Below are positions 55,138 to 64,000 of a stretch of 64,000 nt of DNA, in pieces; the stretch's first letter is position 1; each line of letters starts with the position of its first letter. The DNA is from an uncultured Gemmatimonadaceae bacterium. Its GTDB lineage: Bacteria; Gemmatimonadota; Gemmatimonadetes; Gemmatimonadales; Gemmatimonadaceae. The position numbers were made by a program, and so were the translations under genes. The stretch covers positions 2,368,001 through 2,432,000 of the forward strand of contig OY970320.1 of NCBI GenBank assembly GCA_963716745.1. The letters are read 5' to 3'. The notes under the pieces are model-generated. The model was not told the origin of the DNA, did no database searches, and saw only the letters and a program-made list of their open reading frames with translations.

Positions 55138-56647
55138 ACCTCGGCTCTCGCTTGATCACTTTTCCGGGAAAGGCCCCGCTCGCCTTCCCGTTGTCGTACA
55201 CGACCATGCCGTTCACCCACACGGTGCGGATCCCCGAACTCACCGCGTGCGGGTCCGCCAGCGTCGCGCGGTCGGCCACGGTGCCGGGATCGAACAGCAC
55301 GAGATCCGCGTACATCCCAACGCTCACCCGCCCGCGATCCTTGATCCCCATGTTCGCGGCGGCCAGCGTGGTCATCTTGCGAACGGCCTCCTCGAGCGAC
55401 AGCACGTGCCGCTCGCGCACGTACACGCCGAGCACGCGCGTGAACGCGCCGTAGCCGCGCGGATGCTTGCCGTCGAGTTCGCCGTCGGACGAGATGTTGC
55501 TGTACGGCCATTGCAGAATGGCCTCGATGTCCGGCTCGATCATGCTCGTGCCGATCACGGTCTCCTCGCCGTCGCCGCCCGGCACTTTGCCCGCCGCCTC
55601 GGCGTCGCGGATCAGCGTCATGAGCGCGGTGGTGTCGTCCTCGTGCCGCAGCACCGCGATCTGCTGCAGTGTCTTGCCATCGTACGAGCGGTTCGGGCCG
55701 TAGTGCGTGAGCAGCAGGCCATCGCTCGGCGACACCTGCTCGAGCGCGAACGCCGCGGATTTCCGGTTGTCGAAATCGCGCGCGGGGAAGAGCACGGTGA
55801 GCGTGCTTTGCCAATACGCGTACGGATAGACATCGGCGGTGATGTTGACGCCCTCCGCGCGCGCACGGTTGAGCCGCGCGATGAGCGTGTCGTGCATCCC
55901 CCAGATCGCCTTCATCGCGAGCTTGGTGTGCGACACTTGCACCGGGATGGAGTCGTGGCGGCCGATCGAGATGATCTCGTTGATCGCCGCCCAGAAATAG
56001 CGGTCCTCGCTGCGCACGTGACTGATGTAGCGGCCGTTCAGCTTGGCGAGCGGCTTGTTGAGCGCGAACAGCTCGGTGCTGTCGGAGTAGATGCCCGGAT
56101 CGTACTCGAGCCCGCTCGAGAGGCCTAGCGCGCCGGCCTTCATTTCCTGGTCGAGCAGCTCAGCCATCTTCTCCACTTCTGCCGGTGTGGAGACGCGGCG
56201 GAAATCGGCGCCGAGCACTTTATCGCGCAGCGTGCCGTGCCCCACGTAGCTCGCGATGTTCACTGCGGCGGGCGTCTTCTCGAGCTTCTCGAAGAATCCC
56301 GCGAGCGGGAACACGGAGCCGCCATCCTGGCCGACGATCACCGTGGTGACGCCCTGGCTGACATCCGCGAGCGCGTCGCGATGCTCGAAGATCTGGTCGT
56401 CGGCGTGGCTGTGCGTGTCGATGAATCCGGGCGCGAGCACGAGCCCGCTCGCGATGATCACCGTTTCGCCCTGGCGTTGGTGGAGCTGCCCGATGTCGGC
56501 GATTCGGTCGCCGATGATGCGCACGTCCTGGATCACCGCGGGGCGGCCCGTGCCGTCGAGCACGCGCGCGCCCTCGATGAGCACCGATTGCGAAGCGGCC
56601 GTGGATGCCGCGCAGAGCATGATCGCCGCGATCCAGCGCATGATCAT
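55136..56647 (-). CDS. N-acyl-D-amino-acid deacylase (D-aminoacylase) family amidohydrolase, exported
   Basis: APGFIDTHSH, SHVRSE, HPRGYGAFTR and ADLVLFDP motifs; signal peptide; ATGA overlap with the kinase stop. Confidence 0.92.
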   Translation of the reverse strand: MIMRWIAAIMLCAASTAASQSVLIEGARVLDGTGRPAVIQDVRIIGDRIADIGQLHQRQGETVIIASGLVLAPGFIDTHSHADDQIFEHRDALADVSQGVTTVIVGQDGGSVFPLAGFFEKLEKTPAAVNIASYVGHGTLRDKVLGADFRRVSTPAEVEKMAELLDQEMKAGALGLSSGLEYDPGIYSDSTELFALNKPLAKLNGRYISHVRSEDRYFWAAINEIISIGRHDSIPVQVSHTKLAMKAIWGMHDTLIARLNRARAEGVNITADVYPYAYWQSTLTVLFPARDFDNRKSAAFALEQVSPSDGLLLTHYGPNRSYDGKTLQQIAVLRHEDDTTALMTLIRDAEAAGKVPGGDGEETVIGTSMIEPDIEAILQWPYSNISSDGELDGKHPRGYGAFTRVLGVYVRERHVLSLEEAVRKMTTLAAANMGIKDRGRVSVGMYADLVLFDPGTVADRATLADPHAVSSGIRTVWVNGMVVYDNGKASGAFPGKVIKREPR

Positions 56648-59550
56648 TGTCCGGTGGGGACTTTCGTGCGCGACGCGCTCTCTGCACCGAGCCGTTTCAG
56701 GCCGGCGTGCGCTTCGGCGACGATAGGTTGGAGTGATGAGTCCGCATTCACCCACATGTCGACGACCAAGCCGTATGCGATGATAGCCTGTTGTTTGTCG
56801 CCGAGCTGCTCGGCGAGCTTGCCACGCTCGAACTGCAGCAGGCCATAGGCGCCGGTAGCGGACGTGAACATGCGCCGGTTCACGAGCGCGAGCGCGTCGC
56901 GCTGGCGTCCCTGGGCCGCCATCAACTGCGCGTGCGTAAGACGGATCATGTAGCAATCCCGGCAGGTGGTGTCCGACAGGGCATCGAGCGCGCGGAGCGC
57001 CCCCGCCGAATCACGGCGGGCGAGCAGCAGCATCCCGTTGGCGACGCCCGACTGCATGCGCAGCCGGCTGCCCTTGAATGGACTGGAATCGGCCTTCGCC
57101 ATGGAGTCGAGGAGATGGACGCTGAGCTTGAGACTCGAGGTGTCACCGCGGATCGCCCACCACGGCAGATAGAAGCGCAGCCCAGCGCGTGCGCGCAACG
57201 TCGCGGCGCCGGCGGCGTCGCACTCCGCGGCCGCCGCCGCGCCCGATACGCACCACTCGGCGGCATGGAGCGTGCGGATCTCCGCTTCCGTGAACGGGCG
57301 GCCGAAGGTGAGCCGGAAGAGCGAGTCCGACTCGCGCGCGTGCCCGCGCTGCGCCAACGTCGCTCCGATCCCCTGCAAATTGTTGTTCCGCTCCGCGGCC
57401 GGCTGCGTCATGACCGTTGGCAGGGAAGCCATGGCGAGGCGAACGGTGGTCTCTTTCGCATCGAGCATGTCGACGGAGCTGACGCTCGCGAGGAATCCAG
57501 TCGTGAAGCTCATCGTGTCGACCGCGGCCTGCATCGCCGGCTTCCAGGCTGACGCGGGGTCGGCCGCGAGCGCGATCAAGCGCATCGCGTCCGCCTGCTG
57601 ACCTCTCGGCGCCACGACCGCGAAATCGGCGAGCAGCTTTCGCGCGAGCGCCGGCTGCCCGGTGGCGAACGCCACCTCGATGGCGTGGATGTACGCCGGC
57701 GCATACGCGGAATCCAGCGCGATGGCGCGCTGCTCGGCGTCGAGCACCGTGCTGAGCGGCACCTCAATGTCGCCGCCGATCGCGATGTGCTCGCGCACCT
57801 CGGCGAGTCCGTGCCAGGTCTCAGGATCGTCCGGATAGCGGCGAACAGCGTCGTTCGCCAGCTTCACTAGTTCCTTGCTGCGGGTGAAGTAATCGGGCGG
57901 TGTGTTGCCAATGTCGCCGAACAACGCGCTGGCCGCGACGAGCAGGCTCTCGCGTGGTGCCAAGCCGTGATTGTATCGGCCGGCTCTGATCTCCAGTTCG
58001 TTCGACGCCACGTCGGCGGTGCCCTTGGTCCAGCCGCCTACTATCGAGAGCCGGACGAGGGCGAGTGCGAAGGTGGAGTCGAGCGCGATCGCACGCTGAT
58101 ATGCGACGGCGGCCGAGTCCCACTGCGCATGACGGTAGAACTGCTCGCCCTGCAGGAACGCCTTGATCGCGGCGAGCGACGACGAGCCGATGGATGAGAG
58201 CTTGGCGCCGCCGCGCGACGGGCCGAGTTCGCGCAGCAGCCCCAGCGAGAGCGAATCGGTGAGCCGGTCCATCTGCGACGCCAGATCCTTGCGCTCGATC
58301 TCGGCGATCGGGCGGCCGCTCTTCGCGTCCACGATCGATGCGCGGATGCGCACGGAGTCCTTGCCGCTGGCCACGAGCGAGCCGGTGACGACGAGGCGGG
58401 CGCCGGTCGCGCGGCCGAGCTCGGACGCCGACGCGGCGTCGTCGCGTCCGGACCAGCGGCGGATGACGATCGTAGGCGGCACCGCGCGCAGCGCGCCAGC
58501 GCCGTCGAAGTTGCGCGAGAGGACATCGACGAGCCCTTCGTGCCAGAGCGCGAGCGCGGGGTCGAGCACCTGGAACGGCGCGACCGCGATCACGTCGGAG
58601 TCGAGCGTCTTCGTGGAGCGCGCGGTCACCACGAGCGCGGCGACGGCCGCCGCGGCCGCCGCGGCCACGCCGCCGATGATCCGCTTGCGCGAAGCGGACA
58701 TCGGCGTCGCGGACTGCGAAGCGAGCGCATCGCGGAACGCCCCCGCCGTCGCGAAGCGCTGCGCCGGATCCTTCGCGAGCGCTTTCGCGATCGCCGCGCT
58801 CACGTGAGCGGGCACGTCCTTGCGCTGCGACGTGACCGCGGGCGGCGCATCGCGGAGGTGCGCCGCGAGCACCGCCTGCGCAGTGGGTCCGCTGAACGGC
58901 GGCACGCCCACGAGCATCTCATAGCCCACCACCGCGAGCGCGTACACATCGGAGCGCGGATCCACGCCCTTGTCGCCGCTTGCCTGTTCGGGACTCATGT
59001 AGCCGGGTGTGCCAATGCCCATGCCGGTGCCGGTGAGCGCGCCGCCGCTGCGTGCGGAATCGAGCGCGTGTGCGACGCCAAAATCGGCGAGCACCGCGTG
59101 CTTGCCCTCGAGCAGGATGTTCTCGGGTTTGATGTCGCGGTGCACGACGCCCGCCGCGTGCGAGAAATCGAGCGCGTCGGCGACCTCGGTGAGGATGCGT
59201 ACCGCGTCGCTCACCGGCAGCGGCCGTTCGCGCATGAGCCGGTGCCGCAGCGATTCACCCTCGACATACGGCATGACGTAGAAGAGCAGCCCGTCCTTCG
59301 AGCCGGCGGAGAGGATGGGCAAGACGTGTGGATGCTGCAGGTGCGCGGCGACCTCGATCTCGCGCTTGAAGCGCGCGGCGCTCACTTCGCTCGCGAATTC
59401 CGGCGGCAAGAGCTTCACCACGACGCGGCGGTTGAGCGATGCCTCGGTGGCGAGGAAGAGGCGGCTCATACCTCCGCCGCCGATCTCGCGTTCCACATGA
59501 TACGTATCGCCCAGCGCCGTCTGCAGCTGGGACATGAGGCCTTCGGTCAC
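56644..59550 (-). CDS. Ser/Thr protein kinase with TM helix, TolB-N-like domain and TPR repeats
   Basis: GGGGMSRL, HRDIKPEN, DFG, GTPGYMSPEQ; IAVAPF domain; helical repeats. Confidence 0.93.
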   Translation of the reverse strand: MTEGLMSQLQTALGDTYHVEREIGGGGMSRLFLATEASLNRRVVVKLLPPEFASEVSAARFKREIEVAAHLQHPHVLPILSAGSKDGLLFYVMPYVEGESLRHRLMRERPLPVSDAVRILTEVADALDFSHAAGVVHRDIKPENILLEGKHAVLADFGVAHALDSARSGGALTGTGMGIGTPGYMSPEQASGDKGVDPRSDVYALAVVGYEMLVGVPPFSGPTAQAVLAAHLRDAPPAVTSQRKDVPAHVSAAIAKALAKDPAQRFATAGAFRDALASQSATPMSASRKRIIGGVAAAAAAAVAALVVTARSTKTLDSDVIAVAPFQVLDPALALWHEGLVDVLSRNFDGAGALRAVPPTIVIRRWSGRDDAASASELGRATGARLVVTGSLVASGKDSVRIRASIVDAKSGRPIAEIERKDLASQMDRLTDSLSLGLLRELGPSRGGAKLSSIGSSSLAAIKAFLQGEQFYRHAQWDSAAVAYQRAIALDSTFALALVRLSIVGGWTKGTADVASNELEIRAGRYNHGLAPRESLLVAASALFGDIGNTPPDYFTRSKELVKLANDAVRRYPDDPETWHGLAEVREHIAIGGDIEVPLSTVLDAEQRAIALDSAYAPAYIHAIEVAFATGQPALARKLLADFAVVAPRGQQADAMRLIALAADPASAWKPAMQAAVDTMSFTTGFLASVSSVDMLDAKETTVRLAMASLPTVMTQPAAERNNNLQGIGATLAQRGHARESDSLFRLTFGRPFTEAEIRTLHAAEWCVSGAAAAAECDAAGAATLRARAGLRFYLPWWAIRGDTSSLKLSVHLLDSMAKADSSPFKGSRLRMQSGVANGMLLLARRDSAGALRALDALSDTTCRDCYMIRLTHAQLMAAQGRQRDALALVNRRMFTSATGAYGLLQFERGKLAEQLGDKQQAIIAYGLVVDMWVNADSSLQPIVAEAHAGLKRLGAESASRTKVPTGQ

Positions 59551-59620
59551 TGCGTGGATCGCTCCGGGATGAGTGACTCCAATATGCGCGTTCGTCCGTC
59601 GCGGCGGAACGGGAGCGCGG

Positions 59621-60751
59621 TCACTTCAGGAGCTGCGCAACCCACTCGCCCGCGTAGTAGCCGATGACCGCGACGCCGAGTCCCACGACGAGCATGTCGA
59701 ACCCCGAGCGGAACACGCCGCGTCCGGTGAACACCGAGCGCGCACCGCCCACGAGGAAGTGCGATAGCATCGCGACCGCGAACGACGTGATCATTGCGGG
59801 CAGGCCGGTGAAGAACAGGAAGGGCAACACTGGAATGAGCGCGCCTACCGCGGTCGCCATGCCGGTGATCCACCCTTCGCGCAACGGCGACAGCGTCATT
59901 TCGCCGATCTTCAATTCCTCCTGCACCTGTTCGTGCAGCATGCGCTGCGGGTCCTTCATGACTTCCGACGCGAGCGAGTGCGCCGCCTCGCGGTTCATCC
60001 CCTTCGCCTCGTAGATGAGCGCCAACTCGTCGCGCTCCACCTCGGGCATCAGCTCCACTTCGGTCTTCTCCATCGCGATCTCGTGCTCGTACACTTCGCG
60101 CTCGCTCTTCGCCGCGAGATAGCCGCTGGCGCCCATCGACAGCGCATCGGCGATGATGCCGGCCACGCCCGCGAGCACCACGGTGTAGTGCTGCGCCGCG
60201 GCGGTGGCGCCGATCATCCCGGCGACGAGCCCGAAGTTCGCGGTGAGCCCATCGTTGAACCCGTACACGACGTTCCGCAGCAGCCCGCCGCTCTCGGCGC
60301 GGTGCCAGGGCTCGCCGGCGCGGCCCGCGATCGTGCCGAGGGTGGTCGCGTGATCCGCGCTCTCGCGCGCGAGCGTGAGCGCTTCGCTCTTGCCGGCGAC
60401 GCCCGCCGGCGTCTCGCGGTGCATCGCGAGATAGCCCTTCACCTCGCGCCCTTCCTCCGCGAGCAGCATGGGCAAAAGGAACTTGGGGCCGAAGCTCCGA
60501 CCCAGGAACGCGAGAACGCGCGCGCGGCCGCTGGGCCGGAATGGCTTGGGCGGCATGCCGCCCCGCGTCAGCAGATCGCCCCAGATCGTGACGTGCCGCT
60601 CCTCCACCTCCGCGAGTCTCAGGTAGAGGTCTTTCTTCTTGGCGTCGGATTCCGCGCCACTCAGGATACGATAGAGGAAGGCGGCGTCCGCTTCGTCCTG
60701 CCAATGGTGGGCGAAGGTGTGCAGGTCGGGCTGGACCGTGGGCTCAGGCAT
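59621..60751 (-). CDS. VIT1/CCC1 transporter with N-terminal ferritin-like domain (MbfA-like)
   Basis: DE..Y, EERH and ESADH helices; VYGFNDGL and ALSMGASGYL motifs. Confidence 0.9.
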   Translation of the reverse strand: MPEPTVQPDLHTFAHHWQDEADAAFLYRILSGAESDAKKKDLYLRLAEVEERHVTIWGDLLTRGGMPPKPFRPSGRARVLAFLGRSFGPKFLLPMLLAEEGREVKGYLAMHRETPAGVAGKSEALTLARESADHATTLGTIAGRAGEPWHRAESGGLLRNVVYGFNDGLTANFGLVAGMIGATAAAQHYTVVLAGVAGIIADALSMGASGYLAAKSEREVYEHEIAMEKTEVELMPEVERDELALIYEAKGMNREAAHSLASEVMKDPQRMLHEQVQEELKIGEMTLSPLREGWITGMATAVGALIPVLPFLFFTGLPAMITSFAVAMLSHFLVGGARSVFTGRGVFRSGFDMLVVGLGVAVIGYYAGEWVAQLLK

Positions 60752-60878
60752 GGCGCAATATCGCACCCCTGTGAAGGGTCGGGAACGGGGCCACTACCGA
60801 ACGGCAACCCCCGGGGGCCGTCCGGTGACCTATCATCGACAGCGCAGGCCAATTCCTTCCACTGCTCGAGAGGCTCCT

Positions 60879-62291
60879 ATGCGGTCCACCGCACTGATGC
60901 TCGGTTTGTTCACCGTCGCGCTGGGCGCGCAGGCACAGGTCGTCACGCCCGACGCGACGCCGGCGCCGACGCCGCGCTCCTCCAATTACCGGTTCGTGCG
61001 CTCCGACGACATGGGCGACCGGGCGGTGCTCGGCATCAATACGTCGGGCGGCGGCAAGCGCGACACGCTCGGCTTGCTGATCACCAGCGTGACGCCGAAC
61101 GGGCCCGCGGAGAAGGCGGGGCTCACGGAGGGCGACCGGATCGTCTCCGTGAACGGCACATCGCTCAAGGTCGCGCCGGCCAATGCGGGCGAGCCGGAGA
61201 TGAACGGCCTGATGTCGCGCCGTCTGGTGCGCACGATGTCAGACCTGAAGGCGGGCGATGAAGTGACGCTCGTGGTCTACAGCAACGGCAGCACGAAGAC
61301 GGTGAAGGTGAAGACCATCGCGATGGACGATCTGAACGAGGGCAGCATGAAGAAGAAGTCCAGCGACCGCGCGGCGGTGGGCCTGGGCTTCGGCGGCGGA
61401 AGCATTCGCGACACGCTCGGACTGTTCGTGGAGAGCGTGACCGCGGGCGGGCCGTCGGACAAGGCGGGGATCCAGGAAGGGATGCGCATCGCCGCGATCA
61501 ATGGCGTGGACATGCGCGTGCCGGCCGCGGATGCCGCGGACGCCGAGGATGGTTCGCTGGTGTGGGCGAAGCAGGGCCGCTTCACGCGCACGCTGAGCGC
61601 GCTCACTCCCGGCGACGTCGTGGAACTGAAGGTGTGGACGGACGGGAGCTACAAGACCTTCAAGGTCACGACCGTGAAGTCGAGTGACCTGTACGGGAAG
61701 AACTCGAACGCGTGGAGCAAGTATGCGGAGGATATGGCGAACATGTCGCGGCGCGTGAACGTTGCGATCGCCCCAATGCCGCCAATGCCTCCCATGGCGC
61801 CAATGGCGCCAATGGCTCCGATGGCGCCCATGCGCATGAACTATGATTACGCTCCGGGTTCCACGATGACGTGCAACACGATCGGGGACGGCACGGTGAT
61901 CTGCCGGAGCAACGGCGGCAACTCGAAGGCCGCGGCGCGCGCACGCTCGAACTCGAGCTACGGCTATGGCTCGTCAGCGGCGCCCAGGGCGGCGGTCATG
62001 AGCGACGACGACAACAGCGACTCCGACATCAATTTTCCCGGCCTGCGCATGACCACCGTGACCGACGAGCTCGCGAGCTATTTCGGCGCGGGCAGTGAGA
62101 ACGGACTGCTGGTGCTCGAAGCGTCCGATGAATGGTCGCCCGTGAAGACGGGCGACGTCGTGCTCACGCTGAACGGGCGCGCCGTGGTGAAGAACAAGAC
62201 GACGTCAGTCTCGCTCGACACGGGCCGCGACAACACGTTCGTGGTGCTGCGCAAGGCGAAGAAGATCACGGTGGTGGTGAAGGCGCACTAA
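60879..62291 (+). CDS. Exported multi-PDZ domain protein
   Basis: Signal peptide; PDZ motifs GPAEKAGLTEGDRIVSVNG, GPSDKAGIQEGMRIAAING and GDVVLTLNG. Confidence 0.88.
   Translation: MRSTALMLGLFTVALGAQAQVVTPDATPAPTPRSSNYRFVRSDDMGDRAVLGINTSGGGKRDTLGLLITSVTPNGPAEKAGLTEGDRIVSVNGTSLKVAPANAGEPEMNGLMSRRLVRTMSDLKAGDEVTLVVYSNGSTKTVKVKTIAMDDLNEGSMKKKSSDRAAVGLGFGGGSIRDTLGLFVESVTAGGPSDKAGIQEGMRIAAINGVDMRVPAADAADAEDGSLVWAKQGRFTRTLSALTPGDVVELKVWTDGSYKTFKVTTVKSSDLYGKNSNAWSKYAEDMANMSRRVNVAIAPMPPMPPMAPMAPMAPMAPMRMNYDYAPGSTMTCNTIGDGTVICRSNGGNSKAAARARSNSSYGYGSSAAPRAAVMSDDDNSDSDINFPGLRMTTVTDELASYFGAGSENGLLVLEASDEWSPVKTGDVVLTLNGRAVVKNKTTSVSLDTGRDNTFVVLRKAKKITVVVKAH
61773..61832 (+). repeat. Coding 9-nt tandem repeat (PMP/PMA x7)
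   Basis: PMPPMPPMAPMAPMAPMAPM. Confidence 0.85.
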
Positions 62292-62386
62292 CGACAACTG
62301 CGGGCTGTTGGCTGTCGGCTGTCGGAAACTGCGAACCCATGCTCGCAGTTAGCGACAGTCGACAGCCGACAGCCCGCCGTTGTCGT
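62291..62386. repeat. Palindromic repeat, family D, with nested AACTGCGA..TCGCAGTT hairpin
   Basis: acgacaactgcgggctgttggctgtcggctgtcg ... cgacagtcgacagccgacagcccgccgttgtcgt fills the gap between two convergent stop codons. Confidence 0.93.
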
Positions 62387-63158
62387 CTAGAAGTGTCCCG
62401 CATTCCACGTGAGCCCCGCGAATATCGAGTGCGGTTGGGGGCCGCTCACCGGGAAGATCACGCCGGCGTCGAGCACGAACCAATCGTGCATCTGGAATGT
62501 GGGCGCCACGAGCAATCCGACGAGCGGCCCTTCGCTGCCGGCGCCGCTGGTGCCCGGGTAACCGTACAGCTCGGCGGTCCACCCGAAATTCCCACGCACA
62601 GGCCCGCCGGTAGACACAGTCCAGAGCGTCGCCGAGATGCGGGAAGTCACCGCTCGTGATCGGAATGAAGGCACCGAAGTTCAGATCGAGTTCCACCGGC
62701 CCGATCTTCTGGCTGGAGATGAGCAAGAGCGAGCCCACATAGTCATCCGAGGTGAACGCTGCGGCGCCGACGGGAAGCCGCAGCGCCGGCTGGATCGCGA
62801 AGGCCCCGAATAGCGGCAGTGAATCCGTGACCCGCCATTTGAACGCGAGCACGAGATCGCTGAATCCCTGCGCCGTGCTCCCTCCGCTTTGACTCGCCCA
62901 CGAGAACGTCGCTTCGATCTGCGTGCGATGCGTGATCCCCACCTTGTACGTCGTGGGCGTGGAGAACGTCTCGGTGCCGGCGAGTTCGTCGAGTTCCAAT
63001 CCGAACTCCACCTCCGAATACCCGGGCCAGACGGTGTACGCGTGCGTGGCCACGGTGGGCCGTTCGGGTTGCGCGCTGTGCGGATCGGTGGATTCCTGCG
63101 CGTCGCCGGCCGCGGCGACGATCACGATCAGCGCGGCGAGCGCCGCGCCGCGGCGCAT
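62387..63158 (-). CDS. Outer-membrane beta-barrel (MetA-pathway/transporter family-like); apparent frameshift near 62640
   Basis: Signal peptide, QPERPTVATHAYTV, SDLVLAFKW; C-terminus in ORF 62387..62674. Confidence 0.7.
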
Positions 63159-64000
63159 CAGAACTCGATCTGCGCGCCGAGCTCGACGACGCGATTGGGC
63201 GGCAGGCCGAAGAATTCCGTAGCGGCGCGCGCGTTGCGCGACATGATCACGAAGATCTTCTTGCGCCAGAGCGGCATCTTGGACGAGCCGGTGGGGATCA
63301 GCTGCTCGCGTCCAAGGAAATAACTCGTGTCGCCTGGCCGCATGGTGATGCCGGCGGGCGCGCACAGGCCGAGCACCTCGCGCACGTTGGGCGTCTGCAT
63401 GAATCCGTAGCGCGCGATCACGCGGTAGAATCCGTCGCCGAGCACGGTGACGTCGGTGCGCTCCTGCACGGGCACCTCCGGCACGCCGGCGGTGATCACC
63501 GAAAGGAGGATCACCTGCTCATGCAGCACCTTGTTGTGCTTGAGATGATGCAGCAGCACCACCGGCGCGCCCTGCGTGTCCGACGTGAGGAACACGGCGG
63601 TGCCGCGCACGCGCACCGGCTTCCCCAGACGTACGCTCTCGAGGAACTGGTCGATCGGCAGGCTCGCCTCGCGCAGGATCTGCTGCACCTCGGCGCGCCC
63701 GCGCTTCCACGTGGTGAGCATCACATACACGCCCGCGGCCACCGCCAGCGGGAACCAGCCACCATGTTCGATCTTCACCACGTTCGCCGCGAGGAAGCTC
63801 ATGTCGATCGTGAGGAAGAACACGAGGAAGAGGAGTGCGCGCCAGCGCGGCCAGTCGAGCTGCTGCCGCGCGATCACGGTGAAGAGAACCGTCGTGATCG
63901 CCATCGTGCCGGTGACCGCAATGCCATATGCCGCGGCGAGATTCGAGGAGGAGCGGAAGCCCACCACGAGGGCGAGGCAGCCCACCGCGAGCGCGATGTT
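63158..64000 (-). CDS. kup: Potassium uptake permease Kup (partial; 5' end outside window)
   Basis: LAAAYGIAVTGTM, GGWFPL, HNKVLHE, YGFMQ and VVELG motifs. Confidence 0.96.
   Translation of the reverse strand, partial: NIALAVGCLALVVGFRSSSNLAAAYGIAVTGTMAITTVLFTVIARQQLDWPRWRALLFLVFFLTIDMSFLAANVVKIEHGGWFPLAVAAGVYVMLTTWKRGRAEVQQILREASLPIDQFLESVRLGKPVRVRGTAVFLTSDTQGAPVVLLHHLKHNKVLHEQVILLSVITAGVPEVPVQERTDVTVLGDGFYRVIARYGFMQTPNVREVLGLCAPAGITMRPGDTSYFLGREQLIPTGSSKMPLWRKKIFVIMSRNARAATEFFGLPPNRVVELGAQIEF

Overview
GC-rich bacterial chromosomal segment. Gene content (several Hanks-type kinases, an RCC1 lipoprotein, a caa3 oxidase) suggests a Gemmatimonadota-like organism; this is inference only. It holds about 57 mostly housekeeping or envelope genes, including rnhA, sucB-lpdA, gyrA, dacB, a caa3-type oxidase operon, pncB/pncA-like NAD salvage genes, leuS and kup. 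I recognised no rRNA, tRNA, CRISPR array or transposase. About eleven genes, including core ones, are broken by single-base indels, most likely uncorrected long-read errors. The strongest unexplained signal is non-coding: at least seven sequence families of palindromic elements built from short (7/9/13/21/37-nt) tandem units occupy many intergenic gaps. Several families share the terminal hexamer AACT(G/A)C, which overlaps the stop codon of the adjacent gene in eight places. Arms from two of these families also lie in frame inside sucB, where they encode parts of both interdomain linkers. Other unusual items are a three-module secreted protein after leuS, a tandem double beta-barrel protein, an NfeD-flotillin-diheme cytochrome operon and an orphan adenine methyltransferase.
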